DNA of 39,112 bases, from positions 1 to 39,112 of the IMG/VR virus record IMGVR_UViG_3300028549_000989. One strand, 5' to 3'. Within the stretch, counting starts at the first letter, position 1. Every line of letters starts with the position of its first letter. Shown one piece after another: positions 25,552-35,299 of the stretch. The notes under the pieces were generated by a model. The model had not been told where the DNA came from. It was given only the letters and a program-made list of their open reading frames with translations, and made no database searches. The DNA comes from a virus. The position numbers and the translations under genes were made by a program.

Positions 25552-28158
25552 ATGGAAACAACTTTTGAATATGCAGGGAGCTCTAATGCTGTTACATCTA
25601 ATGTAGCAGATACAAGTAAAACTTATGATGCTCTTCAAAAAGCAGCATTAGGACAAGCTACAATAGATACTTCTAAACAACAAATAGTAACAAGTGAATT
25701 AAAAAATAAAGCATTAGCAGAACAAGAATTGCTTAAAAAACAAGCTCAAATAGAGAAAGATAAAGCAGAGATACAGAAAGCACAAGATGCTATTATAGCT
25801 CAGGAAGATGCTTCAAGATTTAGAGCAGAAGCAAGTAACTTATCTGGTATCCAAAAAAGAGATTACTATGATACTAAAAGAAAGGAAATAATAGATGCTT
25901 TTGGTAAAGGAACAAAATCAGAAAAATATACAACTGTATTTCAAGACCAAACACAAAGTGATTATAATAGTGCTATAAATGAAGCACAAAAAGAAACAGA
26001 TGATAAAGCAGTTAATTTTTTAAGTTTAGCTTTACAAGATAAAACAGCTAATAAAGATGCTTTAATAGTATCCTTAACAAATTCTGGTGTATCAAAAGAA
26101 GCTATTGATAATGGTGTATTAAAAGCATCTATAATAGTTGCTGATAAACAAAAAGAAACTATTATATCTTCTTTACAAGGAGCAGATTATACTGCTTTAA
26201 AAACTACTATGATACCAGAAGCTACTAATGCTATACAAGAACAAATAAAATCTGTATATAATACAGCAATAGCACAAGGTAAGAATCCTGATATAGACCC
26301 TGAAATACAAAAACTTGTAAAAGACTTACAAGGAACACAAAAAGAATTCTCTGAAATGATTTCATTAAGTGCTTCAAATGTTATTTCAAAAGAAAAACTA
26401 AATGGACATACAAATGAAATAGCTTGGGATGTATTTAAAGATGCTTATAAAACAGAAGGAGAAGCCTTAACAGCTATGACTGATTATATGAAAACATCAT
26501 CTGTTAAAGCTCTTTCAAGAGAAATGCTTGCTAATCCAGATGCTTATTCTCCTTCTTTAAAGGAAATGCAAAAGAAAGAAGACACTGATTATGCCAAAGC
26601 AGAAGCAACAGGCTCTTATATGAAACTTGATTATGCTATCAAAAAAGGAGACATGCAAGGAGCTACTTTAATCTTAGCAAGAAATGCTTTAACAGCACAA
26701 ACATATGGTAAAGACTTATTAGACCAAATGATAGTATTACAAGATACTCTTACAGAAGACCCTAAACAAGTAGCTATTGTAGGTGCTAAATATAATTCTT
26801 TAATAGATACTTTTACAGCTATTAGAAATACAACAAATGGTGATGTAGCTTTAAAGAATATGCTTGGTGATAAATATACTGATATAGAAAACATAATAGT
26901 AATAAAACAAAATATAACAAATGGTGATGGCTTTAAAGCTAAGGAAAAATTAGAGCAATATAATAAAGCTCCTGTAAAGAAACCATTAAGTGGTGAAGTT
27001 AATCAACATATAACAGCAACATTAGCAAAAGATGATTATGCAAGTTTAAGAGCATATAAAGATGAGCATTATAAAGCTCTTAGTATGCTTAATACAATGC
27101 TTCCTGATGATATCACAAAAGAAGGTGTAACAGCTTACTTTGATAGATTAAAAGAAAAAGATATTGTAAATTTAGATGGTGTTAGTATTCATTTTGGTGG
27201 TGGTAGAGTTTTTGATAGAGAAGTAGATAGTTATATTGTTGCTGAGATTAAAAAAGCACAACCAGATGTTAAATATGTGCAATATGATAAAGATGTTACA
27301 ACTATAATTAAAAAAGATGGTTCAAGAGTATTATATAATTCTCAAACATTATTTAATAAAGAAATTTCAAGAGGATTAGCTGCTGAGAAAGCAGATTATA
27401 CTATTACTGAAAGAGCAAGTGATACTGGTGCGTTAGCAGTTCAAAAAGTATATACTACAACAGCAAACGTTGTAGGTACAGTTGCTACTGCTGGTGCATC
27501 TCCTTGGATAGCTGCTGTTGAAAGAGGTATGGCTAAGGATGCTGAAACTATTGAAAAACTTAAAGTATACTTAAAAGATAAAACACCAGAAGAGATAGGT
27601 ATTCTTGCTAAGGAACTTAGAAAAGAATCTACTATATATAATTTACCAGAAGCAGCTGTAAAAGGAATGCCTTTAAATATTTATGAAATATATAAGCATG
27701 TAAATGATATAAAAAAACAGGATACTATAAATTTGGCTAAAAAAATTGAAGAAACAGTTGGTGTTAATAAAGAACGTGATAAGTTATATAGACAGAATCC
27801 TATGAACATAAAAGCAGAAGGCACTGAATTAAAAGGTTTCTTAGGTGTTGATAAAGATTTTGCTGTATTTGATTCTCCAAAGAGTAGTATCCTTGCTGGT
27901 ATTGCTTTGGTAGATAAAAAGATTAAACAAAATACAACTTTAACAGATGTATTAAAAGAAAACTTAGGAAGAGAGCCTATGGAACTTGAACTAAGAACAT
28001 TTGAAGCAACAGTTAAAATGAAAAGAGATACAAAACTTACAAGAAACAATCTATATCACATAGCAAGGTCTTTATTGATATATCATTCAGATGATGAAGA
28101 TTATACAGAAACATATAATGAAGTATTTAAAGATTATGTAAATGCAACAAAAAAATAA
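25552..28158 (+). CDS. Internal virion protein B (T7 gp15-like by size and order)
   Basis: 868 aa, probably largely alpha-helical. Syntenic position. Confidence 0.6.
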   Translation: METTFEYAGSSNAVTSNVADTSKTYDALQKAALGQATIDTSKQQIVTSELKNKALAEQELLKKQAQIEKDKAEIQKAQDAIIAQEDASRFRAEASNLSGIQKRDYYDTKRKEIIDAFGKGTKSEKYTTVFQDQTQSDYNSAINEAQKETDDKAVNFLSLALQDKTANKDALIVSLTNSGVSKEAIDNGVLKASIIVADKQKETIISSLQGADYTALKTTMIPEATNAIQEQIKSVYNTAIAQGKNPDIDPEIQKLVKDLQGTQKEFSEMISLSASNVISKEKLNGHTNEIAWDVFKDAYKTEGEALTAMTDYMKTSSVKALSREMLANPDAYSPSLKEMQKKEDTDYAKAEATGSYMKLDYAIKKGDMQGATLILARNALTAQTYGKDLLDQMIVLQDTLTEDPKQVAIVGAKYNSLIDTFTAIRNTTNGDVALKNMLGDKYTDIENIIVIKQNITNGDGFKAKEKLEQYNKAPVKKPLSGEVNQHITATLAKDDYASLRAYKDEHYKALSMLNTMLPDDITKEGVTAYFDRLKEKDIVNLDGVSIHFGGGRVFDREVDSYIVAEIKKAQPDVKYVQYDKDVTTIIKKDGSRVLYNSQTLFNKEISRGLAAEKADYTITERASDTGALAVQKVYTTTANVVGTVATAGASPWIAAVERGMAKDAETIEKLKVYLKDKTPEEIGILAKELRKESTIYNLPEAAVKGMPLNIYEIYKHVNDIKKQDTINLAKKIEETVGVNKERDKLYRQNPMNIKAEGTELKGFLGVDKDFAVFDSPKSSILAGIALVDKKIKQNTTLTDVLKENLGREPMELELRTFEATVKMKRDTKLTRNNLYHIARSLLIYHSDDEDYTETYNEVFKDYVNATKK

Positions 28159-28178
28159 ACATATAAGGAGGATTTAAT

Positions 28179-31100
28179 ATGTATGAAAAAATGAAAGAAG
28201 AAGGTGGTTTAATAACATCTTCCGAAGACCTTTTAAAGAGACGTCAAGAGGAAGTTGATAAAACATTAGCAGAACAAAAGAAACTTGGTGATGCTACTTT
28301 GAAAGATTATTTTATGGCATATAATCCTTCTTCAATAGCTATCTTTAATCCAGAGACACAAGACTCTTTAAAAGATATGTTTGAAAGAACACCTATTGAT
28401 AGAAATGGAGATACATTTAAAGAAGCTAAGAAAGTATTAGGTGATGCTCTTGTAGAATCTATATACGCTTCATCTAATAATAATTCTCAATTTGAACATA
28501 GAGTACTTGCTATGAAAGCACAACAAGACCCTATGAAACGTGTAGAAGCTGATAATGGCTTTGAAAATATTCTTTATGGACTACCTGCTATGCTTACTAC
28601 ACCAGGTTCTCTTGTAACGCTTCCTTTTGCTGGTGTTAAAGCAAGTATAGGTCTTGTATCTACAATAGGTAAAAGTGCTGTAATAGGAGCTGGTTTAGGA
28701 GCTGTAAGTGAAGGCTTAGATGCTTCTGTTGAAGCAGGCTTAGGAATGCAAACAGATGTATCTGATAGAGCACTTATAGGTGCTGCATTTGGTGGTGTAT
28801 TAGGTGCTGCTATAAGTCCTTGGGCTACAAGAAATGCACGTAGAGAATTAGCATTAAAAGAAGCATATGATGCTGAGAAAAATAATGCTGATATGTTTGA
28901 AATAGTTGATGATGCTTCTGGTATTCCTCATATTAAATTTACAAAAGAAACTGAAAAAGTAAAACGTGAAATATTCTTTGCTAAGGATAGTGATGAATAT
29001 AAAAAAGAATACAACAAATATAACTCTGTTTATGAATCTAATTTAGAATTATATACAAAAGCAGTAGATGATTATAAAGCAATTGATGTAAAAACAGATA
29101 AAACTGTTATTGAAATACAAAGCCAATTAGATAAAGTAAAGGAATCTTTAAAAGCAATGCCTGATAATAAAACTTATCTTGAATCAAAAATAAAAGATAA
29201 ATTCTCTTATATGCCTCCATTGGAAGTAAGAACTACAAAAGAAGTTAAAAAAACTACTTTAAAAGATATAATTAAAAAGGAAACTGTTAGCTACTCTTAT
29301 GAAGAACGTTTAGCATTAGCTAAAAAGAACATACCAGAAAATATAAAAGAAAAGACATTAGGCTTTGACTCTTATTTGTCAAAATCAAAAGCATCTATTG
29401 ATAGATTAAAGAAATCAATTGCTGAAATAAAAGATGTTAAATACAAAGGTAAAAAAAGATATACAAAAGAAGATACTGAAAAGTTATTTGAACTTGAAAA
29501 TACTTTAACAAAAACAGAAGCTGATTATGGTATTAAAAAAGCTGAAAGAGATAAAATAGAAAGAACTTTATTAGAAAAAGAACTAAAAAAAGTACCTACT
29601 ACTTATGTAAAAGAAACAAAAACAGGTGAAAAAGAAACAATAGAAGAGATTCTAAATGTTGAAAAAACTAAAAAACAACTTGAAAACGAAGCAAAAGCTG
29701 ATGTAAATAGACAATTAGCAAACTTTAATAAAAATATAAATAAAAAGAAAGAAGAACTTTTAAAAGAACAAAAAATTAAAAAAGATTTGCTATTAAAAAC
29801 ACAAAAAGAATATAAAGAAAAACTTGAAAAAGAAAAAAAAGATGTTCTTACTTATAAAGAAGAGCAAAAAAGTGTAGTAGATGCTCTAAAACCAAAAGAA
29901 AAAGCAGAATACTTTAAAGAATTTAAAGCTCCAAGTAGATTTATAGAAGAAGAAGTAGAAACTGGTAAAACACTTATTGAAGGTATTAGAGATATACAAA
30001 AACTTAAAAAAATATTTGGTGATAATAAAGTAGCTGGTGTATTAGGTGAAATATTAAATAAATTTACTGATTTCTTTGGAAGTGAAGTAATGAAATTATT
30101 AGAAAGTGATAATTATATTATAAGAAATATTGGACTTACAATATCTAATCCTGTTAAAACATTAAAGGATAGCAAAGGAAGAACAATTATAAATAAAGAA
30201 ACTATTGAAGATAAAAAGAATATGCTTAAAAGACACTTTGGAGAACTTACAAATGAAGTTATGCCAGAGTATAAAAAAGCACTTCAAAATGGTCTTGTAA
30301 AGGATGAAGAAGACTTTTATACACAAATATATTATCAGTATTCTGAAATCAATTTAGCTCAAAGAAAAGAAGCTATGAAGATAGCTAATGATATTGCTAT
30401 TAAAGAGGATATAGATATTATGAAAGCTTATACAAAAGCTTTTAATGATTTACAAACTACGTTTCCTAAGAATAGTCCTTATTTGAAATCTCTTGAAGCT
30501 TTTCATAGATACAATAATAATATCTTAGATGAAGCAAAACAGGCAGGTATAAAAGAATTAGAACACGTAACAAATAATAAAGTGTATCTTCAAACACAGT
30601 TTGATAAGAAAGCTTTAAATAATATGGAAAGTTCAAGGCTTCAAGAGATACTTTTTAAGAGTATGAGAGAAGCTCCTGAATATTCTACATTAACAAATGA
30701 AATGTTAAAAGAAGGAGCTGTTGAAGCTGCTGAAATATTGAAAAATATGGCATTCAATGATATGCTTTTAATGAAATCTTTTGTATTAACAAAAGCACCT
30801 ATGTCAAGTAATCTATTACATAAGACATTATTCTTAGACCCTAAATACGCTTCTGAGATATTAAAAGATAATATGATAGATTTAACACATTCTTATGATT
30901 ATAAAATGACAGGACGTATTGCTGTACAATCAAAGTTTAATACTTATGAAATAAATGATATATTAGATACTGTAAGAAAATCTATTATGGAACAACACAA
31001 TGGAGCTGTTCCAAAGAAATATGAAAGTGAAATACAAGCAATTCAATTATTGATAGATGAAATGCTTGGTTATAGACAGATAGCAAAGGATGGTGATAGA

Positions 31101-32321
31101 ATGTCTTGGAGAGTTGCTAACTCTTTATCTGCTTTTCAAGCATCCAGATTGCTTGGTATGACAGCATTAGTTCAAACTACTGAGCTTGCTTCAACAGTTG
31201 CTGGTATAGGCTTTAAAAAGTACTTTACAATGACAGGTAGTAGAAACAGTTTAAGACCTTCATTGGAAGCTATTAAAACTACTTTATATGAAGGGGATGG
31301 TACTATAAACAACTCTTTTGCTAAATCTTTACACCAAATGGGATATCTAAGTAATATGTTGTCTCCAACAGAGAGCATAAAATATGGTGACTTTGGACAA
31401 AACGTTATGGCGAATTCAGTTGAAAAAGGAATCTCTAAGGTAGCTACAAATGTTCTTAAATATGGTGGTATGCTTCCAGCACTTCACGTACAAGAAGTTG
31501 TAGTAGCACAAGGAGCTATGAGATTGATAGAAGAATCTTTAAAAGATACAATATCAGAAGTAACAACTAATAGATTAGCACGTATGGGCTTATCTGTTCA
31601 AGATGCAAGAAAACTTTCTTTGGAGCTTCAAAAAGCAACAGATGACAAGTTAGAGACATTTGATTTATCTAAACTTTCAAAAGAAAGCTTGGAAAAATAT
31701 CAAGTGGCTGTTAATAGACTTATGAATGAAGTTATGATTAAAAATGATAGTGTTCATTTACCTGCTTTTATGAAGGACTTAAATCCTCTTACAAAGGTTA
31801 TGACACAATTCTTTAAGGCTCCTTTAATAGGAACAAATATATTATTAAGAAGAGGATTATCAGAAGAACACGCTGCTTTCTTTACTTCTATTGCTACTTC
31901 TGTTACTGCTTATATGTTCTTACAATGGACATATGAAGAATCTAAGGTAGCTCTTGGATTGATTTCTGAAAGTGAGCGTAAATTTGATATCTTTAATAAT
32001 CCTGATGATTCTTTAAATCTTTTTATGAAAGGTTTTGGATATACAGCATCATTGGGTGCTTTCACATTAGGATATGATATAGTAGCTTCATTAACACCTC
32101 TTCAAAGATTAGGTGCTACATCTGAATACAGAGGAGATGGCTTAGTAGAAATTGCTGGACCAACTGCTGGTATGATAGATGATTTATTGAAAGTTATATA
32201 TAAACAAACTAATGGTGAGCCATTAGATGACAGAGATTATAAGGTATTAGCAAATACTTTACCTGGTATCTCTTTACCATACATTAGAGATGTTATGTAT
32301 GGTTTATTAGATTTAGATTAG
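28179..32321 (+). CDS. Internal virion protein C (T7 gp16-like by size and order)
   Basis: 1380 aa (T7 gp16 is 1318 aa). G/A-rich hydrophobic stretch near residue 150-210. No transglycosylase motif recognised by eye. Confidence 0.65.
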   Translation: MYEKMKEEGGLITSSEDLLKRRQEEVDKTLAEQKKLGDATLKDYFMAYNPSSIAIFNPETQDSLKDMFERTPIDRNGDTFKEAKKVLGDALVESIYASSNNNSQFEHRVLAMKAQQDPMKRVEADNGFENILYGLPAMLTTPGSLVTLPFAGVKASIGLVSTIGKSAVIGAGLGAVSEGLDASVEAGLGMQTDVSDRALIGAAFGGVLGAAISPWATRNARRELALKEAYDAEKNNADMFEIVDDASGIPHIKFTKETEKVKREIFFAKDSDEYKKEYNKYNSVYESNLELYTKAVDDYKAIDVKTDKTVIEIQSQLDKVKESLKAMPDNKTYLESKIKDKFSYMPPLEVRTTKEVKKTTLKDIIKKETVSYSYEERLALAKKNIPENIKEKTLGFDSYLSKSKASIDRLKKSIAEIKDVKYKGKKRYTKEDTEKLFELENTLTKTEADYGIKKAERDKIERTLLEKELKKVPTTYVKETKTGEKETIEEILNVEKTKKQLENEAKADVNRQLANFNKNINKKKEELLKEQKIKKDLLLKTQKEYKEKLEKEKKDVLTYKEEQKSVVDALKPKEKAEYFKEFKAPSRFIEEEVETGKTLIEGIRDIQKLKKIFGDNKVAGVLGEILNKFTDFFGSEVMKLLESDNYIIRNIGLTISNPVKTLKDSKGRTIINKETIEDKKNMLKRHFGELTNEVMPEYKKALQNGLVKDEEDFYTQIYYQYSEINLAQRKEAMKIANDIAIKEDIDIMKAYTKAFNDLQTTFPKNSPYLKSLEAFHRYNNNILDEAKQAGIKELEHVTNNKVYLQTQFDKKALNNMESSRLQEILFKSMREAPEYSTLTNEMLKEGAVEAAEILKNMAFNDMLLMKSFVLTKAPMSSNLLHKTLFLDPKYASEILKDNMIDLTHSYDYKMTGRIAVQSKFNTYEINDILDTVRKSIMEQHNGAVPKKYESEIQAIQLLIDEMLGYRQIAKDGDRMSWRVANSLSAFQASRLLGMTALVQTTELASTVAGIGFKKYFTMTGSRNSLRPSLEAIKTTLYEGDGTINNSFAKSLHQMGYLSNMLSPTESIKYGDFGQNVMANSVEKGISKVATNVLKYGGMLPALHVQEVVVAQGAMRLIEESLKDTISEVTTNRLARMGLSVQDARKLSLELQKATDDKLETFDLSKLSKESLEKYQVAVNRLMNEVMIKNDSVHLPAFMKDLNPLTKVMTQFFKAPLIGTNILLRRGLSEEHAAFFTSIATSVTAYMFLQWTYEESKVALGLISESERKFDIFNNPDDSLNLFMKGFGYTASLGAFTLGYDIVASLTPLQRLGATSEYRGDGLVEIAGPTAGMIDDLLKVIYKQTNGEPLDDRDYKVLANTLPGISLPYIRDVMYGLLDLD

Positions 32322-32334
32322 GAGGAAAAATAAT

Positions 32335-32649
32335 ATGGCAAAAGATAAAAATAAGGATGTTATAATAGCAACACCAGAGGAAGTAGTAAATGCTCTTCCT
32401 GCTGTTACTTCAAAAGCATCTATAAATAAACTTAATAAGTTGCATGATATGCTTGCTAATTACTTTTTAGATGTATTAGAAACTGGTGAAGATACTATAT
32501 CAAGTGGTACAATAACAGCTATGAATACTTTCTTAAAAAATAATAATGTAGGTCTTGATATAATACCACAAGATCCATCATCTAAACAAGAAAGCATTAC
32601 ATATAGAATAGATAATATACTTAGACAAGAAATAGAATATAAAAAATAA
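32335..32649 (+). CDS. Terminase small subunit candidate (T7 gp18 position)
   Basis: 104 aa; assigned by synteny only. Confidence 0.4.
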   Translation: MAKDKNKDVIIATPEEVVNALPAVTSKASINKLNKLHDMLANYFLDVLETGEDTISSGTITAMNTFLKNNNVGLDIIPQDPSSKQESITYRIDNILRQEIEYKK

Positions 32650-32666
32650 AACAAAGAGGTAATAAA

Positions 32667-32942
32667 ATGAAAACATTTGACATAACACATATGGTACAAT
32701 TAGATGCTGCTGTATCTTTAACACATACATTTACAGAAGAAGAAAAAGAAAAGTATGCTTATTTTACAATAAATACATATGATAGAGGCACTGTAACTGA
32801 TGGTGTTAATTATTTAGACGTATCTTTAAATGGTTTGGATGCAGCAGTTCCATTGATGGATAACTTATTATCAGTTACATTAAGTAATGAGATGAGTGAA
32901 AATCCTTATACACCTAAAATTGTATTTATGTATAAAGACTAA
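32667..32942 (+). CDS. Hypothetical protein
   Basis: AGAGG RBS; 91 aa. Confidence 0.5.
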   Translation: MKTFDITHMVQLDAAVSLTHTFTEEEKEKYAYFTINTYDRGTVTDGVNYLDVSLNGLDAAVPLMDNLLSVTLSNEMSENPYTPKIVFMYKD

Positions 32943-32978
32943 TACATCATATAAAGCATTTTAAGATACCTACAAGGC
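32943..32978 (-). promoter_or_regulatory. CTTGTAG..TATAT box, inverted orientation, abutting the stop codon of ORF 32667-32942
   Basis: The reverse complement GCCTTGTAGGTATCTTAAAATGCTTTATATGATGTA is nearly identical to 4086-4120. Confidence 0.45.
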
Positions 32979-33025
32979 ATTATCTTTATTTAGACAACAA
33001 TTTATATGTCTTTAAAAGAAAACGT

Positions 33026-33057
33026 CTTGTAGAGCCTTTAAAAGCTCTTATATAGAT
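33026..33057 (+). promoter_or_regulatory. CTTGTAG..TATAT box, + orientation
   Basis: CTTGTAGAGCCTTTAAAAGCTCTTATATAGAT shares CTTGTAG, TTAAAA and TTATAT at the same spacing. Confidence 0.4.
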
Positions 33058-33069
33058 AACATATAAAAG

Positions 33070-33092
33070 TATTCAATAAATGAAATTGAATA
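33070..33092. other. Hairpin TATTCAAT-AAATGAA-ATTGAATA between the convergent boxes
   Basis: 8-bp perfect stem seen directly. Confidence 0.5.
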
Positions 33093-33114
33093 TAAAAACA
33101 TTCAAAAACATAAA

Positions 33115-33149
33115 ACATCGTATAAATCATTTTAAGATACATACAAGGC
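33115..33149 (-). promoter_or_regulatory. CTTGTAG..TATAT box, inverted orientation
   Basis: Reverse complement reads GCCTTGTATGTATCTTAAAATGATTTATACGATGT. Confidence 0.4.
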
Positions 33150-33195
33150 TTTAAAAGTTTTAAATGATATCTTTTATCAGATTTCTTTTAAAACG

Positions 33196-33236
33196 CCTTT
33201 AAGGTGCTTTAAAATGATTTATACAGCATATTATAG
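33196..33236 (+). promoter_or_regulatory. Diverged CTTGTAG..TATAT-type box directly upstream of the terL RBS
   Basis: CCTTTAAGGTGCTTTAAAATGATTTATACAGCATATTATAGG aligns with 4086-4130, at a similar distance from the box to the GGAGG RBS. Confidence 0.35.
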
Positions 33237-33249
33237 GAGGAAACATAAA

Positions 33250-34938
33250 ATGCCAATGACAGATGAAGAATTAAAGGAAATATTAACAGAATTTGGAGTG
33301 TATCTTAATTATGTGTATTCATTTATAAATACACCAAATGCTACACCTTTACAGATGCGTTTAGCAGATATCATACAAGAGGCTCCTTCAAGGCTTATCT
33401 TAGAAGCAGCACGTGGTGTTGGTAAATCTTGGATAACAGCTGTATATGCTTCTTGGAGATTATTAAGAGATAAAAATGAAAAAGTTCTTATAGTATCTGC
33501 TAATACAGAAAAAGCAAAAGAGATAGCAAGCTTTCTTAGAAGATTATTTAGTGTTGTCCCTATATTGAAACACTTAGAACCTTCAAAAGAAATAGGTGCA
33601 GGAACAGATAGAAGAGCTTTAAAATACAGAGATAGTGCTACCGCATTTGACGTTAAAGGATGTGACATAGCAATTGCTCCTTCTGTTGCTGTTGTTGGTA
33701 TCTCTGGACAACTTACAGGGAAACGTGCTACGTTAATAATAGCAGATGACGTTGAAGTTCCTAAAAACTCCTTTACAAGCGGTATGAGAGAGAAACTTAT
33801 AAATCAAGTTAAAGAATTTGAAGCTCTCCTAATACCAGATAAACCATCTACTGTATTATTCTTAGGAACACCACAGAGTATGGAAAGTATCTATAATAAA
33901 CTCCCTTATGAAACTATTGTGCTTCCTGCTATGGTTCCTGATAAACCAGAACTTTATAATGGTAAATTAGATCCTTGGATACTACTTCAAGGACCAGCAG
34001 GAACTCCAACAGATAAAATAAGGTTTCCTACACATATCCTTGAAGAAAGAAAAGCTGGTTATGGTCTTGCAGGATTTAGATTACAATATATGCTTGATAC
34101 AACACTATCAGATGCTAATAAGTTTCCTTTAAAGTTCAAAGATATGATTACTTATCCATTGGACAGAGAAGAAGCACCAGCAACGCTTACATATGTAGGT
34201 ACAAGAGACTATATCATTGAAGATATAAGTCATTCAGGATTCACTCATGATTTCTGTGTGAAGCCTTTAAGAGTATCTTCTGAATACTTTAAATATGATA
34301 AAAAGATTATTGCTATTGACCCTTCTGGTAGAGGCTCTGATGAAACTACATATGCTATCTTAGGTGTTCTAAATGGTAATGTATTCTTATTAGATGTTGG
34401 AGGAACACGTGACGGTTATTCAAGTGAAGCTTTATTATTCTTAGCACAAAAAGCTAAGGACTATAAAGTTCATGAATTGGTCATTGAAAAGAACTTTGGT
34501 GATGGTATGTTCTTAGAACTATTAAGACCAGTATTAAATGTAGTGTATCCTGTTAAAGCTTATGAAGTATCTTCAAAAGGTCAAAAAGAAGTACGTATTA
34601 TAGATATAATAGAACCATTGACATCTAATCATAAATTGATTATCAATCAAGACATCTTTATTAGAGAATATAATGAAGCACAACAAGACATTGGAAATAT
34701 GCCTTATACATTCACTTATCAATTCTCTCATATAACCAAAGAAAGAAAATGCTTAGAACACGATGATAGACTTGATGCGGTAGCTATTGGATGTGCTTAT
34801 TTACAAAACTTAGTAAGCATCTCAGCAGAAGAAGCATTAGAACAATACAAAGATGAAATGCTTCAAAAGTTCCTTGATGAAAAGATTTATGGTGCTTCTA
34901 ATAATACATCTAATAATAACTTTTTAAAGAAGTTTTGA
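33250..34938 (+). CDS. Terminase large subunit (T7 gp19-like)
   Basis: Walker A-like RGVGKS. Size (562 aa from ATG 33250) and end-of-late-region position fit T7 gp19. AGGAGGAAACATAAA RBS favours 33250 over track start 33214. Confidence 0.85.
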   Translation: MPMTDEELKEILTEFGVYLNYVYSFINTPNATPLQMRLADIIQEAPSRLILEAARGVGKSWITAVYASWRLLRDKNEKVLIVSANTEKAKEIASFLRRLFSVVPILKHLEPSKEIGAGTDRRALKYRDSATAFDVKGCDIAIAPSVAVVGISGQLTGKRATLIIADDVEVPKNSFTSGMREKLINQVKEFEALLIPDKPSTVLFLGTPQSMESIYNKLPYETIVLPAMVPDKPELYNGKLDPWILLQGPAGTPTDKIRFPTHILEERKAGYGLAGFRLQYMLDTTLSDANKFPLKFKDMITYPLDREEAPATLTYVGTRDYIIEDISHSGFTHDFCVKPLRVSSEYFKYDKKIIAIDPSGRGSDETTYAILGVLNGNVFLLDVGGTRDGYSSEALLFLAQKAKDYKVHELVIEKNFGDGMFLELLRPVLNVVYPVKAYEVSSKGQKEVRIIDIIEPLTSNHKLIINQDIFIREYNEAQQDIGNMPYTFTYQFSHITKERKCLEHDDRLDAVAIGCAYLQNLVSISAEEALEQYKDEMLQKFLDEKIYGASNNTSNNNFLKKF

Positions 34939-34939
34939 T

Positions 34940-34974
34940 GTTTATGCTATAAGTCACAACCTAAGATAATAAAT
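34940..34974 (+). promoter_or_regulatory. Putative phage-RNAP promoter, copy c, immediately after terL (T7 phiOR-like position)
   Basis: 35 nt identical to 13464-13498. Starts 2 nt after the terL stop. Confidence 0.55.
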
Positions 34975-35209
34975 AATATTGAGGGGGCATCCTAAGAGCT
35001 GACGGGGATAATACAAAGAAACATTGTATTGTCTTTTAAAGGCACTTAGAGCTCCTCAAATGTTACTTATTATGTTCCTTAAATGGAGCATAATTTGAAG
35101 CATTTGAGGAGGGGACACCCTAAGAAGCTTCAAAAGATAATTCTCATATGATTCTTTTAAAGAGCTTTATAAAGCTACCGCTTTACATAAATACAATAAT
35201 AATGTATAT

Positions 35210-35229
35210 CTTGTAAAGATATCTTTATA
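35210..35229. repeat. Second copy of the 20-mer CTTGTAAAGATATCTTTATA (palindrome TAAAGATATCTTTA)
   Basis: Identical to 3960-3979. Related AAAGATATCTTT at 35888-35899; half-sites at 35485 and 35592. Confidence 0.85.
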
Positions 35230-35240
35230 TGCTCATCTTT

Positions 35241-35299
35241 TATAGATACTATAATAGCTCATACTAAGTCCCGTCAGAGTACCTATTATAGTATCTATA
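35241..35299. repeat. 17-bp perfect inverted repeat TATAGATACTATAATAG / CTATTATAGTATCTATA with 25-nt loop
   Basis: Arms at 35241-35257 and 35283-35299, verified by reverse complement. Confidence 0.9.

Noticed and set aside
28179-32321. N-terminal lytic transglycosylase domain in the gp16-like protein, as in T7.
   Set aside because: No SLT-type catalytic Glu-Ser context was recognisable by eye in the first 150 residues. An HMM search is needed before claiming presence or absence.
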